DNA of 64,000 bases from an uncultured Clostridia bacterium (GCA_948433435.1 CAOJDX010000001.1:17564-81563), one strand, 5' to 3'; shown: positions 27,817 to 37,839, numbered from the stretch's first letter. Notes: generated by a model not told the origin, from the sequence alone. Numbers and translations are program-made.

Positions 27817-28590
27817 ATGGAAGAATTAAATAAATTATTAACTGAGTTAGGAATTTCAAAAGTGAGATTAGCGAAATACTTGGGAGTTTCTAGGCAGATG
27901 TTATATAATTATTTAGCATTAAAGACTCTTGATGAATGGCCAAAAGAGAAAAAAGTGAAACTTTTTACATTATTGGGTATGAAAGATAATGAAGAACTTA
28001 TTCATAAAGAGGTAAGTGGTGCTTATATATTAGAAGTAGAGGATAGACTTAACGAGGGAGTGAAAGTTTCTGCTTCTAGTAGAGGGGAGGTTCTTACTGA
28101 TTTAAAAGGTTTTAATCGTAAGGAACAAGAATTATTATCTGATATTATTGGCCTTTTAAAAGAAAAACTTTCGAGTGATAAAACAAAGGATACTTATTAT
28201 AGTTATAAATATTTGTATCATTATATTCAATCAATGGGAACTACTGATGAGTTGAAATATATTTTAGTTTATATGTCTAAATCATTGGGATTTACTGATC
28301 CTATGGAATTTGTATTTAATAAGGATAAACAATTTATTTTTGAAAGTATTTTATTTAGTGCAATGACCTTATATAATAATGGTGGTGCCTCACGTGCTAA
28401 ATTAAGTGAATCACATAAAAGATTTGTCCAAGATATTGATCATAAAAAGGAAGAAAAATTGAGTAGAACTCAAGAGTTAAATTCTGCAAAAATACAAGCT
28501 TTGAAGGAACTTGGTTATACCGAAATTAATGAAAGTAATGCTAAAGAGGTATTAGAAAAAATTGCTGAAATTCAATCAAGAAAGGTTTAG
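27817..28590 (+). CDS. XRE-type HTH domain protein with unassigned C-terminal region
   Basis: 257 aa. N-terminal HTH LGISKVRLAKYLGVSRQMLYNYL. RBS AGGAGGG upstream. Confidence 0.55.
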   Translation: MEELNKLLTELGISKVRLAKYLGVSRQMLYNYLALKTLDEWPKEKKVKLFTLLGMKDNEELIHKEVSGAYILEVEDRLNEGVKVSASSRGEVLTDLKGFNRKEQELLSDIIGLLKEKLSSDKTKDTYYSYKYLYHYIQSMGTTDELKYILVYMSKSLGFTDPMEFVFNKDKQFIFESILFSAMTLYNNGGASRAKLSESHKRFVQDIDHKKEEKLSRTQELNSAKIQALKELGYTEINESNAKEVLEKIAEIQSRKV

Positions 28591-28612
28591 TAAATTCTTA
28601 ATGAATGGTATT

Positions 28613-28658
28613 AGATAAGTAGAGTAAATGAGAGTTCTACTTATCTTTACTTTTTTTT
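28613..28658 (+). terminator. rho-independent terminator after the HTH gene
   Basis: 10-bp stem AGATAAGTAG/CTACTTATCT followed by TTACTTTTTTTT. Confidence 0.7.
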
Positions 28659-28670
28659 GGATTATTTATT

Positions 28671-29357
28671 TTAAGAAGTTAACATAATATATATTATAGG
28701 AAGTTCTTTTTTTATGTTTATTAACTCAATTGAACAGTTTTCTTTAGTAAATTTATCTTGATATATTATATTCTCATCTTTCAAATAGTCTAATAAGCTA
28801 TTTTCTATATAATCATACTGTATAACTGGTTTACTTAAATTCTTTGAATACCAATATCTCTTTTTAGATTTTAAACTAATCAATTCTTTCGTTGCATACT
28901 TAGATATATAGTTTGTAACTTTTTCTTTTGATTTAATTTTAGATATTGTAGTATATCCTAGCTTATAGTTATCTAAATTATATATCTGAGTGTTGTTAAT
29001 TTTAATTAATTTATTAGTATGTGGATTAATTGCCTTAGACATTTTCCATTTAGGAACATTACCAACTAAACCATGAAAATGTAGACGACCACTTTTATGG
29101 AATTCAGGAACTAAAATATAAGACATATTTTTATTTTGATGTTTCTGATTATTTATCCACTTGGATAATAAATTAATTACTTTTTCATGAGAATACTCCC
29201 CTATTTCTTTGTCTGAAAAGGTGAGGGTAATGAAGTAATCAAATTTATCTTTGTTGTTACAAGCTAAATCTATGATGTTAGTTTTTACCTTCTTTAGGTA
29301 CTCCCTACTCTTCTCTTCTAAGTCTTCTTTCGAAACATTTTTTAATTTAATATTATA
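28671..29357 (-). pseudogene. HUH rolling-circle replication initiator (Rep) remnant lacking a start codon
   Basis: The frame is open for 228 codons from the TAG at 29358-29360. Hand translation of 29127-29357 gives ...KFDYFITLTFSDKE (motif 1), then RLHFHGLV (HUH motif 2) and YISKYATKE (catalytic Tyr motif 3). There is no ATG/GTG/TTG or RBS before motif 1, and the first ATG (29126) lies after it. Confidence 0.55.
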
Positions 29358-29452
29358 CTATGTTACAAAAAAAGTTGGAAATCAAGTAAAATGTTTTGAA
29401 AAATGAATAATTAATTGAATAAATTGCATAATAAAAATGGGAGGACTAAAAT

Positions 29453-29671
29453 ATGAAAAAGAATGAAGAAAAGAATTCTAATAATTCAATCAAATGTAGT
29501 GTAGAGAGTTGTAAACACAATAATTGTGAAGAAGGTACATGTGAACTTAAGGAAATAGAAATTGGTTGTACTTGTGATAATTGCACTTGTTCAAATGAGG
29601 ATGAAACTATATGCAAGTCATTTGAAGAAGATGACCGAGTACTAGAAGAAAATACTGAAGATGAAGAATAG
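29453..29671 (+). CDS. DUF1540-like cysteine-rich small protein
   Basis: 72 aa. IKCSVESCKHNNCEEGTCELKEIEIG...C pattern, acidic tail. RBS GGGAGGA. Confidence 0.55.
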   Translation: MKKNEEKNSNNSIKCSVESCKHNNCEEGTCELKEIEIGCTCDNCTCSNEDETICKSFEEDDRVLEENTEDEE

Positions 29672-29713
29672 TTTATTATAAGGGAGACTTCTCTCTTTTT
29701 TTATTGAATTACT

Positions 29714-30883
29714 TTATTCTAATGAATTAATGATTGAATTTCCAATTTCTGGTTTATCTACATCAAAATTATCAGCTATCGTAGCTCCAATATCTGCTAA
29801 TGTATTGAGAATAGGTAACCTTTTAGGATTTAGAAAATTTCTACTATATATAATAATTGGCACATTTTCTCTAGTGTGGTTATTTCCCTTAAATGTTGGA
29901 TCATTACCATGATCAGCAGTTATTATTAGTAAATCATCCATTTCTAGCTTATTTAGAATAATAGGAATATTTACATCAAATTCTTCAATAGCCTTTGCAT
30001 ATCCTTCTACATCTCTAATATGTCCATAAAGACTATCAAAATCACTTAGATTGGCTAAACAAAGTCCAGTAAAATTTTTATCCATAATATCAGTTAATTT
30101 ATTTATTGTTTCTGCGTTACTAGAAGATTTTATCGTTTTATTAATGCCCTCTTTATCAAAAATATCATTAATTTTTCCGATTCCTATTACGTTATAATTA
30201 CTTTCATTTAGTAAGTCTAAAACACTTTTTTTGGGGGGTTTTATGGCATAATCTTTTCTTTCAGCATTACTTAATTTGAAATTTCCAGGTTTCCCTGTAA
30301 ATGGTCGTGCTATTACTCTTCCTACGCACCATTCTTCTTTTAAAGTTAACTCACGAATTTTTTTACAATATTCATATAAGGTAGAAACTGAAATTACATC
30401 TTCATGAGCAGCTACCTGTAAATCGGAGTCAGCAGAGGTATAAACTATTAGTGACCCATAGTTTAAGGCTTTTTCTCCTAACTCATTGATAATATCATTA
30501 CTATTGTTACAACATTTGTTTCCTATTATTCTTCTAGATGTAATATTTTCAATGTTATCCAAAATTTCTATCGGAAAGCCATTGTTAAATGTTTTAAATG
30601 GGATATTAGAGATAATCCCCATCATTTCGTAATGACCATTCAAACTGTCTTTTCCAGCATTATTAGGTTGAGCTATTGTATAATATGCTTCTACTTTATT
30701 ATCTTCATTCATATTTAGGGTATTCAATAGACCTATTTTTTTTAGGTTTGGAATAAATGGATCGGCTTTTTCAATGATATGTCCTAATGTATTGCAACCT
30801 TTATCTTCGTATTTTTCTGCATCATTTGATTCTCCTATACCTAATGAGTCTAATACTAATAAAAAAATTCTTTTATATTTCAT
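29714..30883 (-). CDS. deoB: phosphopentomutase
   Basis: 389 aa. KRIFLLVLDSLGIGE, TADHGNDPT. Adjacent to xerD, as in the B. subtilis ripX-drm arrangement. Confidence 0.92.
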   Translation of the reverse strand: MKYKRIFLLVLDSLGIGESNDAEKYEDKGCNTLGHIIEKADPFIPNLKKIGLLNTLNMNEDNKVEAYYTIAQPNNAGKDSLNGHYEMMGIISNIPFKTFNNGFPIEILDNIENITSRRIIGNKCCNNSNDIINELGEKALNYGSLIVYTSADSDLQVAAHEDVISVSTLYEYCKKIRELTLKEEWCVGRVIARPFTGKPGNFKLSNAERKDYAIKPPKKSVLDLLNESNYNVIGIGKINDIFDKEGINKTIKSSSNAETINKLTDIMDKNFTGLCLANLSDFDSLYGHIRDVEGYAKAIEEFDVNIPIILNKLEMDDLLIITADHGNDPTFKGNNHTRENVPIIIYSRNFLNPKRLPILNTLADIGATIADNFDVDKPEIGNSIINSLE

Positions 30884-30894
30884 GATATTCTCCT

Positions 30895-31794
30895 TTATTT
30901 ACTTTCTCGGGGATGATATTTTATATAATCGCTAGTTATTTTTTCATCATTTTTATGAGTATATATTCTTGTTGTAGAAATATTAGAATGTCCTAACATC
31001 TCTTGAATACTTCTTAAATCGGCACCACTGTTTAATAGATGTGTTGCAAAGCTGTGTCTTAAGGTATGAGGAGAAACTTCTTCATTTAATTCTTTTTCAT
31101 GAAGAATAGTTTTCAGTATTTTAAAAAAACCTTGTCTTGTTATTCCTCGTCCATGATTATTTAAAAACAAAGATTCATCATTAATTGATTTAAGTAAAAA
31201 ATGCCTTTGTTCCATATATAAATTTAAGTAGTACATAGCATATTCTCCCAAAGGAATTATTCGTTCTTTACTTCCCTTCCCTACTATTCTTATAAGACAG
31301 TTAGTAAAGTCTATATTATTGATAGTCATATTTACAAGTTCACTTACTCGCAAACCTGTTGCATAAATTAGTTCTAACATTGCCTTATTTCGATAATCGT
31401 AGGGAGTATTCAACTTAATATCTAAAAGTTTATTAATCTCTACTATTGACAGAGTTTGAGGTAATGCCTTTTTTAATTTTGGTCTCTTAATAGAAGCAGA
31501 TACATCTTTTTTTACTATTTTTTCTCTCAATAGATATTTATGAAAATTTTTGATTGTTGTCAATTTGTGAGCGATAGTTGTAGTTTTATCATTCATGTTA
31601 CTTTGATGTTTTAGAAAGAGTTCAATGTCTCTTTCTTTTATTTCTTTTACATTTGGATTAGTGGAATAAATTTTTCTAAGATAATTTCTATATATTTTTA
31701 AATCATTGGCATATGATATTTTTGTTTTATTAGAAAGACCTTTTTCAAAAATACAATAGTTCAAAAAGTCTTTTTCTGCATCTATAAAATTCAT
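30895..31794 (-). CDS. xerD: tyrosine recombinase XerD
   Basis: 299 aa. N-terminal SAM-like domain; catalytic ATGLRVSEL, HTLRHSFATHLL..GADLR.IQE.LGH....TT.IYTH. The xerD-deoB synteny favours XerD over XerC. Confidence 0.8.
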   Translation of the reverse strand: MNFIDAEKDFLNYCIFEKGLSNKTKISYANDLKIYRNYLRKIYSTNPNVKEIKERDIELFLKHQSNMNDKTTTIAHKLTTIKNFHKYLLREKIVKKDVSASIKRPKLKKALPQTLSIVEINKLLDIKLNTPYDYRNKAMLELIYATGLRVSELVNMTINNIDFTNCLIRIVGKGSKERIIPLGEYAMYYLNLYMEQRHFLLKSINDESLFLNNHGRGITRQGFFKILKTILHEKELNEEVSPHTLRHSFATHLLNSGADLRSIQEMLGHSNISTTRIYTHKNDEKITSDYIKYHPRESK

Positions 31795-31965
31795 TATATC
31801 ACCTATTTCATTATATAGTATTTTGAAAGATTTTACAACTTTCTTCTTTTTTTATAGTATGATATACTATTTAGATAATGATGTAATATGAATTAAATTT
31901 TATTGTTGTATTAAGTAATTAACTGAATTATTTGAAAGAAAAAATATGGAATTTGGAGGTAGATT

Positions 31966-33195
31966 ATGGATAAGCCACTTGCACAAAAGTTAGCTCCTAG
32001 TAGTTTAAAAGAAATTATTGGTCAAACTCACTTAATTGGAAGAGATAAAATTTTAACTAATTTAGTTAAAAATAAAAAAATTTTTTCTATGATTTTATAT
32101 GGAAAACCAGGAATTGGAAAAACGAGTATTAGTCAAGCTATTGTTAATGATTTAGGTATAAAATATCGTTTTTTGAATGCGACAGTGAATACTAAGAAGG
32201 ATATTGATATAGTAATTGAAGAGGCTAAAATGTATGATGGAATGGTTTTAATTATTGATGAAATACATCGTCTTCATAAGGATAAACAGGATATTTTACT
32301 TCCTGTTGTAGAAAATGGGTTAATCACTTTAATTGGAATGACTACAGCTAATCCTTATCACTCTATTAATCCAGCAATTAGAAGTAGATGTCAATTATTT
32401 GAATTGAAAGAATTAGAGTATTCTGATATTGTTAAAGCATTAAAAAAAGCTATTAAGTCAGAGTATTTAGAAGGAATACAAATTGAGAAGGAAAGTATTG
32501 AATTAATTGCTAAACTTTCAGGTACTGATCTTAGATTTGCTTATAATTTATTAGAAATTGCCTATTATTCTACTTCTGACCAAGTTATTAATTGTGATGT
32601 TATTAGAAGTATAAATTCTAAACCCGTTTTTTTTAGTGATAAAAATGGTGATGGGCATTATGAAGTTCTAAGTGGTTTACAAAAATCTATTAGAGGGAGC
32701 GATGTTGATGCTTCTCTGCACTATCTAGCACGTTTAGTTGCTAGTGAAGACTTAGAGTCTATATATAGAAGGCTTAGTGTAATTGCTTATGAGGATATAG
32801 GACTTGCTAACCCTGCTATTGGTCCTAGATTAGATGCTGCTATTAATGCTAGTGAGAGAGTTGGCTTACCAGAAGCAAGAATTCCTCTTGGAGCTATTGT
32901 TTGTGAAATGGCACTATCACCAAAGAGTAATACTGCTCATATTGCTTTTGATAAGGCTTTAAATGATATTGAAAATGGGAATTGTGGTAGTGTTCCAGAG
33001 CATATTAGACCAGATAGTAAAGAGTATAAATATCCTCATGACTTTAAAAGTGCTTACGTTGTTCAACAATATTTACCTAATAAACTTAAAGATAGAAAAT
33101 ATTATCAACCTAAAGATATAGGTTATGAAAATAATTTTAAGCAAGTGTATGAAAATTTGAATAAATTAAGAGATGATAATAACTATTTTGAATAA
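31966..33195 (+). CDS. rarA: replication-associated recombination protein A (RarA/MgsA)
   Basis: 409 aa. AAA+ Walker A GKPGIGKTS, Walker B IDEIHR, MgsA C-terminal domain (HY...SA..KS.RGSD.DA.L.YLAR....GED). Confidence 0.9.
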   Translation: MDKPLAQKLAPSSLKEIIGQTHLIGRDKILTNLVKNKKIFSMILYGKPGIGKTSISQAIVNDLGIKYRFLNATVNTKKDIDIVIEEAKMYDGMVLIIDEIHRLHKDKQDILLPVVENGLITLIGMTTANPYHSINPAIRSRCQLFELKELEYSDIVKALKKAIKSEYLEGIQIEKESIELIAKLSGTDLRFAYNLLEIAYYSTSDQVINCDVIRSINSKPVFFSDKNGDGHYEVLSGLQKSIRGSDVDASLHYLARLVASEDLESIYRRLSVIAYEDIGLANPAIGPRLDAAINASERVGLPEARIPLGAIVCEMALSPKSNTAHIAFDKALNDIENGNCGSVPEHIRPDSKEYKYPHDFKSAYVVQQYLPNKLKDRKYYQPKDIGYENNFKQVYENLNKLRDDNNYFE

Positions 33196-33345
33196 AAACT
33201 TGTTTAGATTTCTTTATCTAGCCTTTCTTGTTACATTATATTTATATTTTCTAGTTAATATAATAGGTATTCTACTTGTTAGGAGAATGGCTTCAAAAAG
33301 AGCAATTTTTTATGTGAATGTTGTCTTTTTTCTAATTTAGTTTAA

Positions 33346-33390
33346 TTATAAAAAACCTCTTTCTATTTTCTAAGAAATGAGGTTTTTTTA
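33346..33390. terminator. bidirectional terminator between rarA and the surface-protein gene
   Basis: AAAAACCTC(TTTCT)...(AGAAA)TGAGGTTTTT stem, flanked by an A-run and a T-run. Confidence 0.6.
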
Positions 33391-33392
33391 AC

Positions 33393-35039
33393 TTATTTAT
33401 TAATTATTGAGTATTGTAAATTTTTGAATACTGAATCTAAAATGCTTTGTGTAATAGTGTTTTTTTTGTTTTTAATAATTTCTTTTCTATTTACTGTGAT
33501 GGTAACAGTTCCTTGATTAGCATATATATCTCTTAGTATTACGATTTCTGTAGTGTCTTGCTGATAAATTTTAGAAAAGACAAATGGATTTTCTTTAATT
33601 GTCCAACCTTCAGGCGTCAATATTGGTTTAGATGTTCTAATTGTAACAACAATATCGTTATTTTCATTAATTTCGTAAGTAATACCATCTTTTACTACAG
33701 TAGGAATTTCTTTATCGATGTTGATAACTTGATAAGGTACTTTTTTAGTATTTCCTGCTAAGTCTTTAATTATAACATAACTTGTGATATTCTTGGTAAA
33801 CACTTTATAAATTGACTTTTTATCTTCTGATAGTGTCCAACCGTTTACTGGTTGTAACTCCTCTGTTGCTATTATTGTAACAGTAACATCTTGATTGGTC
33901 ATTTGTCCATTATTACTAGTAGTAACAATAACATCCCCAAAATCTCTATCAATGTTTTTCACTTGATAAGTTATTTCTTTAGTATTTCCTGCTAGATCTT
34001 CTATTATAATACTATCTATTATATTATTTTCAAATGTTTTTGTAATTGTTGTTCTGTCTTTGGATAATGTCCAACCAGGAACCTCTTTTATTATTTCATT
34101 TGCTTTAATAGTTACAGTTACATTTTTGTTCGTTGGTTTATCGTTATTGCTGGTTTTTATCTCGAATTCTGGAGCTGTTTTATCAATAATAAAGGTTATT
34201 TCTTCTTGATTGTAGGCATTATCTATCGCAATAATATTGTAACTTCCCTCTTGGTCTATGTTTAGCATTTCTTGAGGAGAAATTTCGTTCCCATTTATTA
34301 TAAGCATTTTTAAGTTTTCTTCTGTAATAATTAATGTAACATTCTCTTTTGTATAGCTTCCATTAAGAATGCCACTAATAATTGGTTTTTGATCATCATC
34401 AAGAATTTTATTTACATTGTTTAAAATGGTTTCTAATTCTGTCTTAATTATTAAGTCAGTAATGCTTTCTACTTGTTGAATAATTTGATTATCATCTCTA
34501 TAATTTTTAGCAGAAATAATGTCTTTTTTGTCTTTGGCACTTAAAACCAGTTGTTGTAAATTTGAAACTAGATTTTTAATTTTAGTATAATCAATAGGAC
34601 CAGTTTCTGGAGGAATTTCAGGTGTATCAGGTTGGTTTGAATTATTGTTGTCATTATTTTCTCCATTATTTGACGAAGAGTCCTGATTTCCGGAGTCTGG
34701 AATAGAGGGAGAATTATTATCAGTTGTACCGTTGTTATTACCGGGTTTTTGAGTGGTAGAATTATTTTCTCTGTTTGATGAATCATTATAGAAATTATTG
34801 CTATTAGCCAGATTATCTATTTCATTAATATCTAACATTACATCATCGGTTTCCATATCTTCATAGTTGTATGAATCTTTTTGATTATTTGATATATTAT
34901 CATTGTTTTGATTTGATGTGTTGGAAATGTTATTAACTGTTTTTTCTTCAATTTCTAGTTCATTTGGATTAGCAAACACAAAGGTTCCTAAACATAAAAA
35001 TAATACAATTGCTATTATACTAATTTTTTTCTTATTCAT
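33393..35039 (-). CDS. secreted protein with Asn/Ser/Asp-rich linker and three Ig-like repeats
   Basis: 548 aa. Signal peptide MNKKKISIIAIVLFLCLGTFVFA, a low-complexity N/S/D/P region, then three ~75-aa repeats (TN.(N/D)VTVTI.A.E......GWTLS.D...I.K.F..N......I.DLAGNTK...Y.V.NID). Confidence 0.6.
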   Translation of the reverse strand: MNKKKISIIAIVLFLCLGTFVFANPNELEIEEKTVNNISNTSNQNNDNISNNQKDSYNYEDMETDDVMLDINEIDNLANSNNFYNDSSNRENNSTTQKPGNNNGTTDNNSPSIPDSGNQDSSSNNGENNDNNNSNQPDTPEIPPETGPIDYTKIKNLVSNLQQLVLSAKDKKDIISAKNYRDDNQIIQQVESITDLIIKTELETILNNVNKILDDDQKPIISGILNGSYTKENVTLIITEENLKMLIINGNEISPQEMLNIDQEGSYNIIAIDNAYNQEEITFIIDKTAPEFEIKTSNNDKPTNKNVTVTIKANEIIKEVPGWTLSKDRTTITKTFENNIIDSIIIEDLAGNTKEITYQVKNIDRDFGDVIVTTSNNGQMTNQDVTVTIIATEELQPVNGWTLSEDKKSIYKVFTKNITSYVIIKDLAGNTKKVPYQVINIDKEIPTVVKDGITYEINENNDIVVTIRTSKPILTPEGWTIKENPFVFSKIYQQDTTEIVILRDIYANQGTVTITVNRKEIIKNKKNTITQSILDSVFKNLQYSIINK

Positions 35040-35490
35040 TTAAACTCAACATCCTATCTTACTATTCTATTCTTATAACATTATATCATTATTTAGAAAA
35101 ATTACAACCATAATTTGTCGCATTTTAGTGAATTTTTGAATTTTTTTAGTGATAAGTAGTTTATTAATGTGTTTCAATACTGAAAATTTAATGTTAATAA
35201 AAATACAAGTTTGTTTGATGCTGTAATATAAAAGATGACTCACAAAAAGTATAATTCGCTTTTGTTTGTAATAATTTTAATAAGACCTACATCGTAGTAA
35301 ACTAAGTAAATTGCGAATGTGTTTTAGAAATTAAAAATGAAAAGAGTATATGAATTCCAAGATACGATTATGCGCAGTAATCAAGGAATCATATACTCAT
35401 CAATTAATCTTATTAATATTGCATCCAAAAATGAAGAGTTTAAAGAAATGTATAATCTTTTGATTATTTGGGATCAAGTATGATTTATAT

Positions 35491-36018
35491 TTAGAAAAAT
35501 TTCAATTTATTAATTGGCCATATTCTTAAAGTAATCCTTCCTGTGATATCCTTTTTGTTTATTAATCCTATTTTTCTACTATCTAATGAGTTAGAACGAT
35601 TGTCTCCCAAAACTAAATACATATTTTCAGGGATTACTTCATATCCTAACTCTTGTAGATGAAAATCTGTATAGGTTAAATTTTTATTTAAGTATTTTTC
35701 TTGATATATTTTATTGTTGATATATAGTTGATTATTAACTATTTTTATTTTGTCTCCAGGTATACCAATGACTCTTTTGATTAGGTATTTTGTATCTGCA
35801 TAATTCAACGAAACAATATCTCCTCTTTCAATAGTAACAAAATGATATCTTAATTTGTTTAATATTAAGACTTCACCGTTTTTTAATGTTGGACTCATAG
35901 ATTCGCCTACTACTTGGGTAATTGAAACTACATAAATAATGATCACCATTATGCTAAAGATTATAAAAATGTATTTTATGGTGTCTAATAAATATTCTCT
36001 TATACTTAACCAATCCAT
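35491..36018 (-). CDS. lepB: signal peptidase I (LepB/SipS type, S26A)
   Basis: 175 aa. N-terminal TM, VVGESMSPTL (catalytic Ser), KRVIGIPGD (catalytic Lys), GDNRSNSLDSR. Confidence 0.9.
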   Translation of the reverse strand: MDWLSIREYLLDTIKYIFIIFSIMVIIIYVVSITQVVGESMSPTLKNGEVLILNKLRYHFVTIERGDIVSLNYADTKYLIKRVIGIPGDKIKIVNNQLYINNKIYQEKYLNKNLTYTDFHLQELGYEVIPENMYLVLGDNRSNSLDSRKIGLINKKDITGRITLRIWPINKLKFF

Positions 36019-36168
36019 ATTGTTTCCTACCTATCTGCATTATTATATTCTACTAAAGTATATAATATATATTACTTATTTGCAAGTAATAAATTTATTT
36101 TAACCCACAATGAAAACAGGTAAGGAATATATTTTTTCATTACTTTTTCAAGATAATTAATTGAATTG

Positions 36169-37818
36169 TTAAACTCCGTTATTTATTATAAATTGTATAT
36201 CACTATTATTTTGTTCCAAATTATCATTAGCAGGTATTGGTTCATTTAGGTTATTGTTATAGTTTTCTATACTATTATCACTTAAATTATTTGAATTACT
36301 AGTGGTACTATTCTCTGTTTCCTTCTCTTTTTTTATTTTAAATGATATGTGAGTATTTTTATTTTCTTCTGTTTTAGTAAAAGATTCTTTTATTATATTT
36401 TCATTAAATTCTTCCATTATTGTGTTCATTAAAAGAATTAATTCATCGTCTGTAAGATTATCATTATTAGAATATACCAAATTAAAGTTAATGAAATCGT
36501 CTGTTTCGTTTTGGATTTCTATTGGAATAATCTTTATTTTATTGTGTATAGTTGATGTTGATATTTCAATTAATAAACAGTTAGTCTCATCTTTTATCAA
36601 AAAATAAGCTTTTTGTGGACTTAGGGTGTTAGTTTGGGTAATGCTTGCTAAAATATCTTCTCTAATAGTTATTTTTTCTTTTAGATTTTGGGTTATATTG
36701 CTGAAAATGTCTAAACTTGCCATAAAAACGCTGAGCATGTGTTCATAATTATCATGATAGATGAAAAATTCGTTATCTGTTACTGAGGTATAAATACAAT
36801 CCATAATGTTGGGTTCTATTTTAATAAACTCCTCAGAAGGATATGTTATTCCATCAATTATCTCCTGATTTAATATGATGGTTCCAATATCATTTTTAGA
36901 TTTAATATAGTTTTTAATTAAAGATATTTCGTTGCTTGTAAAAGAATAATATTTATTTAGATAATAAGTAAATATATCCTCTATTTGAATAGTATCCATT
37001 GTTGTAAAAACCATTACTCCACTATTGTTGTTTTCATTATTTTCATAATAAGTACGAGCATAACCAAGAAAGTTTTCATCTTCCTGGTAGGTATATTGAT
37101 TGGTATCTTCTTGATAGTTAAGTTTAATTCCTAGTAGATTAAAGGAAGAGTCTGTAATTTCGGCAGTTTTAATATAACTACTTATTTCTTTGTTATATTT
37201 TTTGTACTTATCTTTTGCTATTAATGAATTTATGATCATAGTTTGAAGATCAGAGTTGCTTATTTTGGAATTAGTATTTTTCACTTCATTTGAAGTATTT
37301 GTTATATGATACTCTTCATGATAATTATATTCTTTATAGCGAAATGGAATTTCATCATTGATAGACTCATTTATTTGAACTGAAATATCTAAATATTGCT
37401 TACTGATTGCATCTTCACTAGTTTCTGATTTAATTAGATTACCTTCAGTTAGATTACAAGTGATTCTAACATTGAAAGGATTAGTATCTGAAAATGTAAT
37501 TTCATTTTTAGCAGTACTACATTCGTCTGGTAAGATAAGATTGTATACATCTTTTTCTACTACTCCTAAATCAGCTGTGTTCTTTGATAGGGAAAATTCT
37601 AAAATGGCTTCGTTGGCATCAATTGAAATTAAATTCATTGGAGCATTATTTTCCGTTTCTAATGAAATTATATTTGAATTATATTTTAGAATTTCATTTT
37701 CTCTAATCATAAATTTTGTATATGATGTTGGATATGCAGAAAAATTAATTATTCCTAAAACAATTAATGTAAAACTCATAATTTGGATAGTTTTTGAATG
37801 CTCTTTTACTCTTTTCAT
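36169..37818 (-). CDS. hypothetical secreted protein with SipW-cognate-like N-terminus
   Basis: 549 aa with RBS AGGAGG. N-terminal TM/signal MSFTLIVLGIINFSAYP followed by TSYTKF, the motif class shared with the 223-aa and 206-aa proteins. No recognisable domain; Asn-rich C-terminus. Confidence 0.5.
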   Translation of the reverse strand: MKRVKEHSKTIQIMSFTLIVLGIINFSAYPTSYTKFMIRENEILKYNSNIISLETENNAPMNLISIDANEAILEFSLSKNTADLGVVEKDVYNLILPDECSTAKNEITFSDTNPFNVRITCNLTEGNLIKSETSEDAISKQYLDISVQINESINDEIPFRYKEYNYHEEYHITNTSNEVKNTNSKISNSDLQTMIINSLIAKDKYKKYNKEISSYIKTAEITDSSFNLLGIKLNYQEDTNQYTYQEDENFLGYARTYYENNENNNSGVMVFTTMDTIQIEDIFTYYLNKYYSFTSNEISLIKNYIKSKNDIGTIILNQEIIDGITYPSEEFIKIEPNIMDCIYTSVTDNEFFIYHDNYEHMLSVFMASLDIFSNITQNLKEKITIREDILASITQTNTLSPQKAYFLIKDETNCLLIEISTSTIHNKIKIIPIEIQNETDDFINFNLVYSNNDNLTDDELILLMNTIMEEFNENIIKESFTKTEENKNTHISFKIKKEKETENSTTSNSNNLSDNSIENYNNNLNEPIPANDNLEQNNSDIQFIINNGV

Positions 37819-37839
37819 TATTGATACCTCCTATTTTCC

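Noticed and set aside
31854-31870. Palindrome ATAGTAT-gat-ATACTAT in the xerD/rarA divergent spacer
   Set aside because: A 7-bp AT-only palindrome is expected by chance in this composition, and it overlaps a plausible extended -10 (TGaTATACT). There is no second copy or other support for an operator.
33230-33256. GTTACATTATATTTATATTTTCTAGTT, reminiscent of the reverse complement of B. subtilis dif (AGTTTACATAATATATATTCTAGGAAGT)
   Set aside because: The spacing between the ACAT and TTCTAG elements is 12 nt rather than 8, which is incompatible with an 11-6-11 dif architecture. This is AT-rich intergenic DNA where such partial matches are expected.
35338-35481. 47-aa plus-strand ORF (MKRVYEFQDTIMRSNQG...) in the 35.0-35.5 kb spacer
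   Set aside because: It has no RBS, and it overlaps the hairpin that more plausibly acts as the minus-strand terminator.
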